A DNA stretch of 29,556 nucleotides from positions 1 to 29,556 of IMG/VR virus record IMGVR_UViG_3300024257_000045; one strand, given 5' to 3'. The position numbers and the translations under genes were made by a program. This DNA is from a virus (lineage: Duplodnaviria > Caudoviricetes). Shown here piece by piece: positions 9,289 to 18,002 of the stretch. Below the pieces are notes generated by a model. It made no database searches and was not told where the DNA came from. It saw only the letters and a program-made list of their open reading frames with translations. Position 1 is the first letter of the stretch, and each line of letters starts with the position of its first letter.

Positions 9289-9324
9289 ATTATATATTAA
9301 ATATTTATTTTGTTAAAGGTGTTT
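9289..9324 (-). promoter_or_regulatory. Phage late-type promoter AAACACCTTT-N20-TATAAT
   Basis: AAAGGTGTTT at 9315-9324, ATTATA at 9289-9294. Confidence 0.8.
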
Positions 9325-9730
9325 ACCCTTCCATTAAAGAAACAGTAACTCTATAAGGTGTAATCATATTATTACCACTTGCAAAGCTATTGAGGGTATT
9401 AGTTTTTTCACAAACTATATTGCCTTCAATATGTTCACGAAACAAAACATCTAATCTTTCTATAATAGTTTGAGTCGCACCCATCCCATCACCAAGTTCA
9501 TCATAAATATCTATTTGAAAAAATGCTCTATAATCTATAGGCTTTGCACTTGACATTAAGTATCTATCTTGAGTAAGTGGCAATAGTTTAGCTTCAATAA
9601 ATGAAGTCGACACGGGTACACTCGCGCCATTTAAAGTGTAGTAAGTAGTATTAAACCTCTTTATCACTACATCGGTTATATTAGCTACTAGATATGCTTC
9701 TAGTGTGTCTTTGATTGTTTTTAGGCTCAT
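9323..9730 (-). CDS. Tail terminator protein (DUF4128-like)
   Basis: FQIDIY...GDG...ERLDVLF pattern; position just upstream of the tube gene. Confidence 0.75.
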   Translation of the reverse strand: MSLKTIKDTLEAYLVANITDVVIKRFNTTYYTLNGASVPVSTSFIEAKLLPLTQDRYLMSSAKPIDYRAFFQIDIYDELGDGMGATQTIIERLDVLFREHIEGNIVCEKTNTLNSFASGNNMITPYRVTVSLMEG

Positions 9731-10143
9731 ATTATAGTTGTCCCTTTTATTAATTGCCCTATTTTATCTTCTGTTTTTCCGTATATTGCAGAAATTCCGG
9801 GGGCTTGTTTTGAGTGTCCAGCCTCAAGAGCATCAGCATAACTTAGATTATTTTGGATATAAATTTCATCATTGTGCTTGAATTTTAAACCGCTAATAGT
9901 TGGCATTGTCTCGCTGATATTTGCACCAACATTTTTAAGTGCCATATCGTTAGTTTCATTTGTTGAGCGATTAACTGTTAATATATTGTTATGTCTAAAT
10001 AATCCAGTGTCAGCAGGTGATAGTTCTGTTATCTCACTATAAGCCAAAAGCACTATTTTCTTAGCTTCTGATACTTGCTTTTTCTGTAGCTTCTCTATCT
10101 CTTGGTTGGTTTCTCTCAAGAACTCATTTATATTACTAACCAC
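9727..10143 (-). CDS. Tail completion / neck protein (HK97 gp10-like)
   Basis: SPADTGLFRHN and IYIQNNLSYADALEAGHSKQAP motifs. Confidence 0.85.
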   Translation of the reverse strand: MVSNINEFLRETNQEIEKLQKKQVSEAKKIVLLAYSEITELSPADTGLFRHNNILTVNRSTNETNDMALKNVGANISETMPTISGLKFKHNDEIYIQNNLSYADALEAGHSKQAPGISAIYGKTEDKIGQLIKGTTII

Positions 10144-10315
10144 GATTGGCCTCTTTAAATCCTATAGCTATGTAATTTAATTCGCTAGTTGTAATGGATG
10201 GATTATTTCTCTTTTCAGCAAATAAAGAATTAATAAGTCTTTGTGATTTTTCAGCACCAGCACTTCTGTCTATAATCATCTTTAAGCTTCCACACTCTAC
10301 AAGTCGAGCAGCCAT
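10136..10315 (-). CDS. Hypothetical 59-aa protein (MAARLVECGSLK...GFKEANRG)
   Basis: Hand translation; TAATG-coupled to the upstream gene, overlaps the next start, fills the gap. Confidence 0.5.
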   Translation of the reverse strand: MAARLVECGSLKMIIDRSAGAEKSQRLINSLFAEKRNNPSITTSELNYIAIGFKEANRG

Positions 10316-10671
10316 TATCTTCGAGCCTGAACCATGTAGTACAGGGTAACATTCTTTTTTATCTCAGGAATAACTCTCACCACTTGATGACTTACACTAT
10401 CTATAGTAATTGTACTATTTGCATCTATATTTATCATCAAATTATTGGGAATCATTAATTTAATATCTGTAGCCAAAATTAGACTAGAAACTTCATTACT
10501 TTCATAAAGCCCTATATCTGCTTTATACGGTGTATTTGTTGGTGTTGATACAAGACTTCCTCCTATGTATGTATCGACAGTATTAACCACTACTATATCA
10601 CTTCCAACATCACCTATAGTGTTAAGAACAATTAATCTTAGTCTGTTTAGTTTTTCAGTAGTTAAAATCAT
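10315..10671 (-). CDS. Head-tail joining (stopper) protein
   Basis: 118 aa; LILATDIKL...ITIDS...YMVQARR pattern; synteny. Confidence 0.7.
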   Translation of the reverse strand: MILTTEKLNRLRLIVLNTIGDVGSDIVVVNTVDTYIGGSLVSTPTNTPYKADIGLYESNEVSSLILATDIKLMIPNNLMINIDANSTITIDSVSHQVVRVIPEIKKNVTLYYMVQARR

Positions 10672-10672
10672 C

Positions 10673-11194
10673 TTATCGACCTATATCAAAAAATGCAGAA
10701 GATGATCCATTGCTAACTAAATCGCCAATTAATGAAGTTACACTCTCTGGCATAGTATTGAATGACTTATTTATATTATCAGAACTATCAAGAGCATATT
10801 TAATATCAAGAGTACCGAGTTTAATCTTTTCGATTGTATCAACATTAGAACCTTGCTGTGACATATCAACCGATAATATATGTAGTGCTAATTCGTATTG
10901 GGCTTCTTTTAATATTGTTGGGATAGTAGAGTCTAAGAATATACCATCTAAATAGCCAAGTGATAAGCGAGGAAAAGGAAGTGCTTGAGTATTTGACTCA
11001 CGAGTGCCATAAAACTTCTCAGTGTTGATTCTCTTTGTAGCCATCACTAAAGCCTGATTTCGTTTAATGTCATCAGTCAAAGAAGTCCAAGCTTCTGAGT
11101 ACATTCTACCATCAAAATAAGTATTTGCTTCTGTTAAAGTCACATAAGAATTTGAGCCAACACCACCAATTGTAGCATCTATAACTAATGACAT
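10673..11194 (-). CDS. Head-tail adaptor (DnaT-like domain family)
   Basis: NSYVTLTEANTYF, ALVMAT, QALPFPR, IPTILKEAQYELA, KIKLGTLDIKY motifs. Confidence 0.85.
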   Translation of the reverse strand: MSLVIDATIGGVGSNSYVTLTEANTYFDGRMYSEAWTSLTDDIKRNQALVMATKRINTEKFYGTRESNTQALPFPRLSLGYLDGIFLDSTIPTILKEAQYELALHILSVDMSQQGSNVDTIEKIKLGTLDIKYALDSSDNINKSFNTMPESVTSLIGDLVSNGSSSAFFDIGR

Positions 11195-11217
11195 ATCTAA
11201 GCCTTTTTTTTATCTGA

Positions 11218-11253
11218 ATTATACACTTTAGTTTATATATTATAAAGGTGCTT
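11218..11253 (-). promoter_or_regulatory. Phage late-type promoter AAGCACCTTT-N20-TATAAT
   Basis: AAAGGTGCTT at 11244-11253, ATTATA at 11218-11223. Confidence 0.75.
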
Positions 11254-11255
11254 AT

Positions 11256-11432
11256 CTATCTAAGTGTCGCAACAAACTCACTATAATGATTCCTTACACA
11301 CTTTTCTTCTCGTATAAACTTCATGTTTAGCACTATGTTCTCAAGAGGACTAAGTGTTATCGTGTAGTGTCTACAATTCTCTTTGCGGATGCAAGTTGTT
11401 GCTTTGCATCTCTTGAAGTCCTCTATGCTCAT
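11256..11432 (-). CDS. Small Cys-rich hypothetical protein (58 aa; C-x4-C-x5-C...C)
   Basis: Hand translation MSIEDFKRCKATTCIRKENCRHY...; ATGA overlap with VRR-NUC stop. Confidence 0.6.
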   Translation of the reverse strand: MSIEDFKRCKATTCIRKENCRHYTITLSPLENIVLNMKFIREEKCVRNHYSEFVATLR

Positions 11433-11797
11433 TTATCCAATTCCTTAATCTGTTCAATTGCATCAGCATATCCAAAAGCAATAGTTGAAAGGGCATAGTC
11501 ATATTTCTTGACAGTACATATAAAATCTAATTGTTCAGAACTTGTCTTGCTATTTGATGCACTCATTTTACCACTCTTTAGTTTTACTTTTTGTCGTTTT
11601 AGTTCTAAATATAAAATTTTATGCTTTAAAAAAATCGTCAAGTCTGACACTCCAGCCACCACTCCGCCTCTCTTTAGATTAAATGCTTCTTTCGCATTTC
11701 TTTTTCCACCATTTGGGTTTGCATGAAATAAGTAGTTGTTTAATTTCAACCAATTAACTAAGGCTACTTGTTCCATCTCTTCGGTTGGTGTTATCAT
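11429..11797 (-). CDS. VRR-NUC (PD-(D/E)xK) nuclease, putative Holliday junction resolvase
   Basis: TEEMEQ...FHANPNGGKR...GVVAGVSDL...YLELK...SSEQLDF motifs. Confidence 0.9.
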   Translation of the reverse strand: MITPTEEMEQVALVNWLKLNNYLFHANPNGGKRNAKEAFNLKRGGVVAGVSDLTIFLKHKILYLELKRQKVKLKSGKMSASNSKTSSEQLDFICTVKKYDYALSTIAFGYADAIEQIKELDK

Positions 11798-12003
11798 ATC
11801 AAATCTCCTATAAACTCTAAGAAGTCTATCTCATCTTCTAAATTATTCCACTCGACCATCTGGTCGAACTGCAACTTAATTTGCTCTATGTCTGTCTGTA
11901 TAGCATCAGCTATCTCTTGTTTACAATCATCAATAGCATCTTGTATTATATCTTGCTCTCTTATGTATTTGTCTATTGCTTCTGTGTTTGCACATCTTTC
12001 CAT
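11794..12003 (-). CDS. Acidic hypothetical protein
   Basis: ORF track; ATG at 12003 preferred over TTG at 12015; ATGA overlap with VRR-NUC. Confidence 0.65.
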   Translation of the reverse strand: MERCANTEAIDKYIREQDIIQDAIDDCKQEIADAIQTDIEQIKLQFDQMVEWNNLEDEIDFLEFIGDLI

Positions 12004-12004
12004 T

Positions 12005-12259
12005 TTAATATCCAAACAATAGAGTCATTTGTTCAGATGCTCCAAGATTGTTAAAATCTTCTAGTTCAATATCATTATGACAATCAAACTCAAGCGGTGT
12101 CATCTCTGAATAACTGCCTTGACCTTGGTCACTATAAATGTAAAAGCTTGTTAATGCCGACTCTTCTAGATCTTCATAAGCCTCTGCATAAGTTTCTTTA
12201 ATTATTCCTAAAAAACCTGACTTTTCTTCGATTGCTTCTGCTCTTGTTAATGTTTTCAT
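12005..12259 (-). CDS. Acidic hypothetical protein
   Basis: 84 aa, AAAGGT SD, first gene after the host-like promoter. Confidence 0.7.
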   Translation of the reverse strand: MKTLTRAEAIEEKSGFLGIIKETYAEAYEDLEESALTSFYIYSDQGQGSYSEMTPLEFDCHNDIELEDFNNLGASEQMTLLFGY

Positions 12260-12286
12260 TTTCTAAACCTTTATTTGATATTCAAT

Positions 12287-12330
12287 ATTATATAATCTAT
12301 TTACTTAAAGTTTTATAAAAATGTAGATAT
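12287..12330 (-). promoter_or_regulatory. Host-like promoter CTTTAAGTAAAT-N6-TATAAT with upstream 13-mer
   Basis: ATTATA 12287-12292, ATTTACTTAAAG 12299-12310, AAAATGTAGATAT 12318-12330 (13-mer shared with 24280-24292). Confidence 0.7.
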
Positions 12331-12371
12331 CTCCTATTTAACCTTAAACCATTAAATAGACAAAATCAAGG

Positions 12372-12531
12372 GTACTCTCTTATATATATTAAATTATTAA
12401 ATTATCGACTACTTGACAAATATATAAAAAAATGTTAATATCTCGTTCAGAGATATTAAATTATCTAAATTATTAAATTATCGAAAATTTAACGGATTAA
12501 ATTATCGTAAATTATCAAATCGAAAATTTAA
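12372..12531. repeat. Iteron-like element A (7 direct TAAATTAT, inverted variants, hairpin)
   Basis: TAAATTAT at 12390, 12398, 12457, 12466, 12474, 12498, 12508; CGAAAATTTAA-N4-TTAAATTATCG inverted repeat; TTAATATCTC-N5-GAGATATTAA at 12435-12459. Confidence 0.85.
12413..12441 (+). promoter_or_regulatory. Sigma70-type promoter TTGACA-N17-TAATAT (extended -10)
   Basis: TTGACA 12413-12418, TG at 12433-12434, TAATAT 12436-12441; points at the plus-strand cassette. Confidence 0.55.
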
Positions 12532-12577
12532 ACTTTCCACTCAAAATCAACTCCCAACCTTAAAGGAATAATTAACA

Positions 12578-12802
12578 ATGAAACAACAAATAAATGATTT
12601 TTTAAATATAACTGCTGTAGATATATATGTGGATTCTAGTAAGGTGACTAAGCTATTCTCTAAAGTAATAGGGTATAATAACGGTAATATAAGTACAGTT
12701 TCCATTACTGATGAAGTAAATGGCGGCACACTAAACAAAGTAATGGCTTACCTAGATGGTAATATATCTAGTGTAACATCTACTTACACGGAGGGTATCT
12801 AA
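12578..12802 (+). CDS. Small beta-rich hypothetical protein, paralog of 17760-17999
   Basis: AAAGGA SD; TAATG-coupled to the 980-aa gene; SKVIGYNNGNISTVSITD resembles EKDITYNDNGSINTITITD. Confidence 0.7.
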   Translation: MKQQINDFLNITAVDIYVDSSKVTKLFSKVIGYNNGNISTVSITDEVNGGTLNKVMAYLDGNISSVTSTYTEGI

Positions 12803-15744
12803 TGGCATACATAATTGACTATAAAACTCAACACACATCAAGTATAGATGATTCAGGATTTACTATAGAAGAACCACCACTATTAAATGTTAAAGCTGGA
12901 GACTTACTGGTAATGGCATGGGGAGCTAACACAGATGCAGAAGTTCAACTGCTTGATGGATTTAATCTTGCTACACACATAACATCAAATGAAACTATAA
13001 CTTCAACAAGTTTTACAGTTGGTGCTTTAAATATGTTCTTTCAAGATGGTGATGTACTACAAATAGGTGATGAAAAGATACTAATAACAAGTGGAGCTGG
13101 TGATAGGACATTTAATGTTCAAAGAGCATACGATGGTACAACAGCAGTAGCACATAGTGACAACGAAAATATATGGAAGATAGATGATGCAGGTGGAATA
13201 GGTGGAGCAGACTGGAAGCCAGTACCTCATGGATGTTCAACAATGGATGTGTGTGAAGCTAAGATGTACTACAAGTTTGCAGAAGTTGATGGGGAACAAG
13301 TATCGACATGGACTTGTCCTGTAGTAGGAACATACATGTATATGTTTACAGCAGCAATCAGGGGAGTACATCCAACAGACCCATTTATAGATGCAGGTAC
13401 TTCATACTATACAAATAGTGCAAATACACAAGTATCATATCCTGATTTAGTAGCAACATCAGAAGACCAGTTGGCATTGTATGTAGGTAGCTCAGATGCT
13501 GATACAATAACAACTGGTTCTCATGGTAGAGCAGGATTATATTTAGCAACAGATGTTAAAATGTATCAAGGTATATCAAGTGGAGTTGGCTCAATGGGAG
13601 CATTTGAAGATACAGTACCAAGTGACCAAACAGCAGCGATAGGTGTATTGTTTAGAGATGACCCAGCCAATGCGATAATACCTCTACAAATAACACCATC
13701 AAATTCATTAGTAAAAATAGATGCTGACAATACAAGTGATGATACTTGGATGGAAGCAATATACGCAAGTGGAATAGACCCAAAGACTGGGATAGCAAGA
13801 GTTAATCAAATGCCTAATTTAGAGATGATAGCTACAACTTCACAATGGGTATTCAGAATTGATAACGGTGGTACAGACTGGCTAGATAATGGAGTCATAG
13901 GGGAAACTGTAACCTTTGGAGATGGAAGCACAGGTAAACTAGGCTGGATTAGAAGATACCAAACGGCTGCAAGTGGTAGAGCATACATGATGGTATATGA
14001 CTACAATGGAGGACTACAAGCAAATAATTCTACTGTAGTTGGTTCTACGAGTACAGCAAGTGCTTTAATATACAGTACAGGTACAAGTTATCAGAGTGCT
14101 GTAACCAACTATGTCAAGTCAGACATAAAACTAAATACATACGAAACACTAAAGATTAGTGGCTGTACAGGAGTAGGGATTAGTGATGGTGTATACTTTG
14201 TGAAAGCCCACGATATAATGAATACCACAAATGAGGGTTATTGGTATCAACTAATATCTCATGCAGAAAGAAGAGAAGATGGAGTGGTTCAGACATTCTC
14301 AGTAGGTACAGCAAGCCCAACATTAGCACCTTATCATATGATTAATAGAGCCTATACATATTCAGAGGGAGACACTAATTTAATAACAAGAGGTACAACA
14401 GGTAATCAAGCTGGGTGGAAAGCAAACTACTTAGGCTCATTTAAGTCGTGGGTTACACCGATAGACTATTCAAGTGAAGCACTGGCAATATGGTCAAGAC
14501 ACTATAATGGTAATGCAGCAAAGACATACTTTTGTGCGATTGATAGCTCAAATAACTGGAAGATATGGATTATAAACAATAAGACAGCAGCAGGGTTCCA
14601 ATATGCTTCACCAGAGTTTAGAACATTTGATTTAAATTCTACTGATACTCCAAAGTACCAAACACAAAGCTTTAATAGCAATGCAATAAAATATATTGGG
14701 TTTATGTTAGAAACTACAAGTGACACAAGTAGAGATACTATGTATATGTACGACCAATATACACTAGACTTACAGACAGTAAGAGGTGGAGGTGAAAGTT
14801 TTGGTGTGCCTCTTCTTGATATAGAGAAGCTCTTAGCAGTTGAAGAAACACTAAACGGACAGAGCTTTACAGAGGGGCTAAAAGCATATACACCAACAAT
14901 GCTTGTAGCATCAAAAACTATAAGATTTTCTTGTTACATGGGTTCATCAAACCAAGCACTAGGATTTCTACCACAAGCAGATGGTATAGGAAACTTTATA
15001 TATAATGTTGATGGAGATAGCAGTGTATTTGGATTGGAATTTACTGATGCAAAAGGTAGTGTAGCGAGTCTGCTGACGAGCGATAAAGGTAACTTCTTAA
15101 AAACTGGTGGTACTGCTACTGTAGGTTTAGAGGGTTCAACTATTGCAAACTACAATCCTACTTTTCAAATTGGCGAAACAATTACTGGTGTAAGATTTAC
15201 TGGGTGTGGGCAGATAAGTGGTGGAGCAACACTTACAAACTGTATTATTACAGGACATACAGGAAGTGGTGGTGTGTTGTTTGATGGATTTATTAATGGT
15301 GGTAGTTACAGTAATAACACCTATGGAGTAGAAATAGATACGGCTGGAACATATGAGTTAAATGATGCTACTTTTAGCAACAACACACAAGATATAAATG
15401 TAACAGCAACAACTGGAACAGTAACTATAATCACTAATGTAGCAAGGATGACTTATATAACTGCTGGAGCTATTGTTGATATACAAGCACCAGAAACTAA
15501 ACTAACATTAACTGGATTACAGATTGGTAGTGATGTAGTTATATTAGAAGCTGGTACTCAAACAGTATTAGCAAGTGTAGCCCAAGGTGGTACTTCATTC
15601 AACTATACCTATTCTACATTGATAGATATAGATATAGGAGTTATTAAGCAGGGGTATATAACTTTGTATCAGTATGGATACACGCTAGGTTCAACTAGTG
15701 CTAACTTACCGATAACACAACTAGTAGACAGGAATTATGTATGA
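12802..15744 (+). CDS. Large virion-associated (fibre/appendage-like) protein with C-terminal beta-helix-like and beta-sandwich segments
   Basis: 980 aa, T/G/S-rich, no signal peptide evident; SNNTYGVEI..G...LNDATFSNNTQDI segment; ends LTLTGLQIGSDVVI...QLVDRNYV. Confidence 0.65.
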   Translation: MAYIIDYKTQHTSSIDDSGFTIEEPPLLNVKAGDLLVMAWGANTDAEVQLLDGFNLATHITSNETITSTSFTVGALNMFFQDGDVLQIGDEKILITSGAGDRTFNVQRAYDGTTAVAHSDNENIWKIDDAGGIGGADWKPVPHGCSTMDVCEAKMYYKFAEVDGEQVSTWTCPVVGTYMYMFTAAIRGVHPTDPFIDAGTSYYTNSANTQVSYPDLVATSEDQLALYVGSSDADTITTGSHGRAGLYLATDVKMYQGISSGVGSMGAFEDTVPSDQTAAIGVLFRDDPANAIIPLQITPSNSLVKIDADNTSDDTWMEAIYASGIDPKTGIARVNQMPNLEMIATTSQWVFRIDNGGTDWLDNGVIGETVTFGDGSTGKLGWIRRYQTAASGRAYMMVYDYNGGLQANNSTVVGSTSTASALIYSTGTSYQSAVTNYVKSDIKLNTYETLKISGCTGVGISDGVYFVKAHDIMNTTNEGYWYQLISHAERREDGVVQTFSVGTASPTLAPYHMINRAYTYSEGDTNLITRGTTGNQAGWKANYLGSFKSWVTPIDYSSEALAIWSRHYNGNAAKTYFCAIDSSNNWKIWIINNKTAAGFQYASPEFRTFDLNSTDTPKYQTQSFNSNAIKYIGFMLETTSDTSRDTMYMYDQYTLDLQTVRGGGESFGVPLLDIEKLLAVEETLNGQSFTEGLKAYTPTMLVASKTIRFSCYMGSSNQALGFLPQADGIGNFIYNVDGDSSVFGLEFTDAKGSVASLLTSDKGNFLKTGGTATVGLEGSTIANYNPTFQIGETITGVRFTGCGQISGGATLTNCIITGHTGSGGVLFDGFINGGSYSNNTYGVEIDTAGTYELNDATFSNNTQDINVTATTGTVTIITNVARMTYITAGAIVDIQAPETKLTLTGLQIGSDVVILEAGTQTVLASVAQGGTSFNYTYSTLIDIDIGVIKQGYITLYQYGYTLGSTSANLPITQLVDRNYV

Positions 15745-15827
15745 TAGAACAAATAACAACAACAACAGATGGAAAGTACACAGGTACTATCATAGATACA
15801 CGTAGAGACGAAAGAAGTAGGCAATGA
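15741..15827 (+). CDS. 28-aa coupled mini-ORF (MIEQITTTTDGKYTGTIIDTRRDERSRQ), possible gene remnant
   Basis: ATGA overlaps with both neighbours (15741-15744 and 15824-15827). Confidence 0.55.
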   Translation: MIEQITTTTDGKYTGTIIDTRRDERSRQ

Positions 15828-17170
15828 GTAAGATAACAAGTAGAACCCTCTTAAATGTAGGTACGAATCTTATCATAGATAAGCCAAACAGAACGATAGA
15901 GCTAGTTGAGGCTGGGAATTTGAACCCAAAAGATGGTGTGGCATTTCAAACAATCTATTCTAAGTTTGTAGATTTATGGAGTACTTCAGAGTACCAAAAT
16001 AACCCATTCCCATTCAATGCACTAGATGCACTTTCAGGACAGTACCTAATTGGTATTGATGCCGGTGGTAATGCTAATGGATGGAAGTGGTTAAATGACA
16101 CTACTAGACAGATGGTTCGTGATGGTGGTTGGGAAGAGTACAACTCTTCTGGTGGACTAGAAAGAGTATACGCTGGTATCGTTGGACTTGGTGCTTTAGG
16201 CCTTAGTTCTCAACCTTACTATATAGCTGACGCTAGTGATGCTCCTACAAACTTTACGTTTGATGGCCAAGCAAATGAAGGTATCCAAGTTTACGGTGAT
16301 GCTAGTAACGGTGATTTTGACAAGAGAGTATACTTTAAAACGTTTGTTAGAGAGCAGGGTAAAAAGTATTCAGATTCAGTACTAGCAGATACAGGTAAGA
16401 TAGCTACAGGTGCTTATATCGTTAATATGCTACTAAGTAATGAAGATGACCTAAAGATAAGCGACTTAGACACTGAAATGACTAATGCTCCTTATGATGG
16501 TATCACAGTAGAGTATTTTGCGGTTGACCAAACTAGAGATGTTGGTGGAGTAGACTATAACTATGATGTAATAGTAAATGGTAATGGAGCTACTCTAGAG
16601 CAAATCTACACTAAGTTGCAGTACCTACTTAGACAATCATCAGATATTGATATCGGTGCTGGTACAGTTGTCGGAAAAACTGCAGCATTACTTGCCGGTT
16701 TTGTTGGCTCTACATTAGAAACTACTATTGGTGTGTATGTAGACAATATTCAAAATGCAGATAGCAATAGAATAAAGTTTAAAGATACAAGTGGGATATT
16801 CAGAGAGAACCCGTTTGAGTCGGCAGGTATTATGAGCTTTAACACTATCATGGTTGGAGCAGGGTCTAGTTATAGAATGATGTACACTAGCCCAGACGGA
16901 GCTGGTAATGACTACGGTGAAGCTGGTGCGATTACAGTAAATGACGCTAGTGGGTTACCTATTACAGGTATGATTACTTCAGGGGAAATTGGATTTACTT
17001 TTGACTTCGATAATGATGCTGTAGGAGGTCCTGCTGCTACTGATAAAGCAGTTACGTTGGTCGGGATTCGTCCCAACAGTTCTAAGTTTGCTGTTGCTAC
17101 TGGGGTTCTTACTAAGTCAAAAGGTATCAGTCTTGGGCTGGTTGCGGAAGCGGATAGAGCTTATACTTAA
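15824..17170 (+). CDS. Putative virion structural protein
   Basis: 448 aa; DGV..QTIYSKFVDLW...PFPF...GW...VRDGGW N-domain; C-terminal DRAY. Confidence 0.65.
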   Translation: MSKITSRTLLNVGTNLIIDKPNRTIELVEAGNLNPKDGVAFQTIYSKFVDLWSTSEYQNNPFPFNALDALSGQYLIGIDAGGNANGWKWLNDTTRQMVRDGGWEEYNSSGGLERVYAGIVGLGALGLSSQPYYIADASDAPTNFTFDGQANEGIQVYGDASNGDFDKRVYFKTFVREQGKKYSDSVLADTGKIATGAYIVNMLLSNEDDLKISDLDTEMTNAPYDGITVEYFAVDQTRDVGGVDYNYDVIVNGNGATLEQIYTKLQYLLRQSSDIDIGAGTVVGKTAALLAGFVGSTLETTIGVYVDNIQNADSNRIKFKDTSGIFRENPFESAGIMSFNTIMVGAGSSYRMMYTSPDGAGNDYGEAGAITVNDASGLPITGMITSGEIGFTFDFDNDAVGGPAATDKAVTLVGIRPNSSKFAVATGVLTKSKGISLGLVAEADRAYT

Positions 17171-17181
17171 TATCTTTTCGG

Positions 17182-17223
17182 TATAATCTCAATTGTAATA
17201 CAGTAGTCTCTCCGGAGGCTACT
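17182..17223 (+). promoter_or_regulatory. Internal -10 box (TATAAT) followed by stem-loop AGTAGTCTC-TCCG-GAGGCTACT
   Basis: TATAAT 17182-17187; 9-bp stem with one G-U at 17202-17223; no U tract. Confidence 0.45.
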
Positions 17224-17247
17224 ACTACTTCAATAAAAAGGATACTT

Positions 17248-17721
17248 ATGTTTATATTCGACGGTGCTGCAAAAACTATTAAGATTATTGACGATACTGT
17301 CGATGACAACAATTTTGTAACGTTTACTCCTGAAGCGCTGTGGACTGCTTATGTGGACTGGGCTGCGGAAGGTGATAACCTGAAGTATAGTAGAGCTCTT
17401 GAGGTTACTGGGGGTAATGATATTGGTGGTGGTGAAGCTGTTGGTAACTATGTGTTCCTTCGTAATGACCTTGGTTGGGTTGGAATACCTCCAAGCTCTG
17501 ACGGTGTGTCTATTATTGTTAATGGTTCTCTATATGGTAAAGACCCAATGTTACCAGTTATAACCTCAGTTCCTGGGCAGGCGGTAAATCTAATTATTAA
17601 TAGGTCAGTAGTTTCAACACTAAGAACTGTTAATAGTGGAAGTGGATTATCAACTGAAGAGCATGATAGATTATTCTTGAATGCATCTAAATCTGACGTG
17701 TTTAACGCAAGTCAGATATAA
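17248..17721 (+). CDS. Putative virion structural protein
   Basis: 157 aa, AAAAGGA SD; FDGAAKTI...LWTAYVDW...DNLKY...GGNDIG...YVFLRNDLGW pattern. Confidence 0.65.
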   Translation: MFIFDGAAKTIKIIDDTVDDNNFVTFTPEALWTAYVDWAAEGDNLKYSRALEVTGGNDIGGGEAVGNYVFLRNDLGWVGIPPSSDGVSIIVNGSLYGKDPMLPVITSVPGQAVNLIINRSVVSTLRTVNSGSGLSTEEHDRLFLNASKSDVFNASQI

Positions 17722-17759
17722 AGTATGGTATTGTATGAAGGTGCCGCCATAAGTTGCCT

Positions 17760-17999
17760 TTAGTTTATTGTCGTTTTTATATTTATCACATTCAAGAGTG
17801 CATCCCAAGTGTATGTACTGGTCATCACTTTCCCATTTTGGTCAGTTATTGTAATAGTATTAATACTTCCATTATCATTGTAAGTAATATCTTTCTCACT
17901 AGCTTGACCTATAGGGTTCTCTGTTACTTTTAAACTTCTCTCACCTTCTGCAACCTCTGTGAGTAAGTCAGATGGTAGACCGTTTATATTGTAAGTCAT
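17760..17999 (-). CDS. Small beta-rich hypothetical protein, paralog of 12578-12802
   Basis: ORF track; follows 18003-18389 in a late-promoter operon. Confidence 0.65.
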   Translation of the reverse strand: MTYNINGLPSDLLTEVAEGERSLKVTENPIGQASEKDITYNDNGSINTITITDQNGKVMTSTYTWDALLNVINIKTTIN

Positions 18000-18002
18000 T
18001 TA

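Noticed and set aside
12385-12531. CRISPR array or mini-array at the TAAATTAT clusters (also 24617-24773)
   Set aside because: Repeats are 8-11 bp with irregular spacing, no 25-40 nt spacers and no cas genes
13806-17312. Short minus-strand ORFs within the plus-strand cassette
   Set aside because: Antisense shadows of the 980-, 448- and 157-aa genes
17737-17746. GAAGGTGCC as a ninth late promoter
   Set aside because: Several mismatches and no -10 hexamer 20-21 nt away
12531-17760. Site-specific invertible segment with terminal inverted repeats
   Set aside because: No matching inverted repeats were found by eye at the two cassette ends and no invertase is in the window
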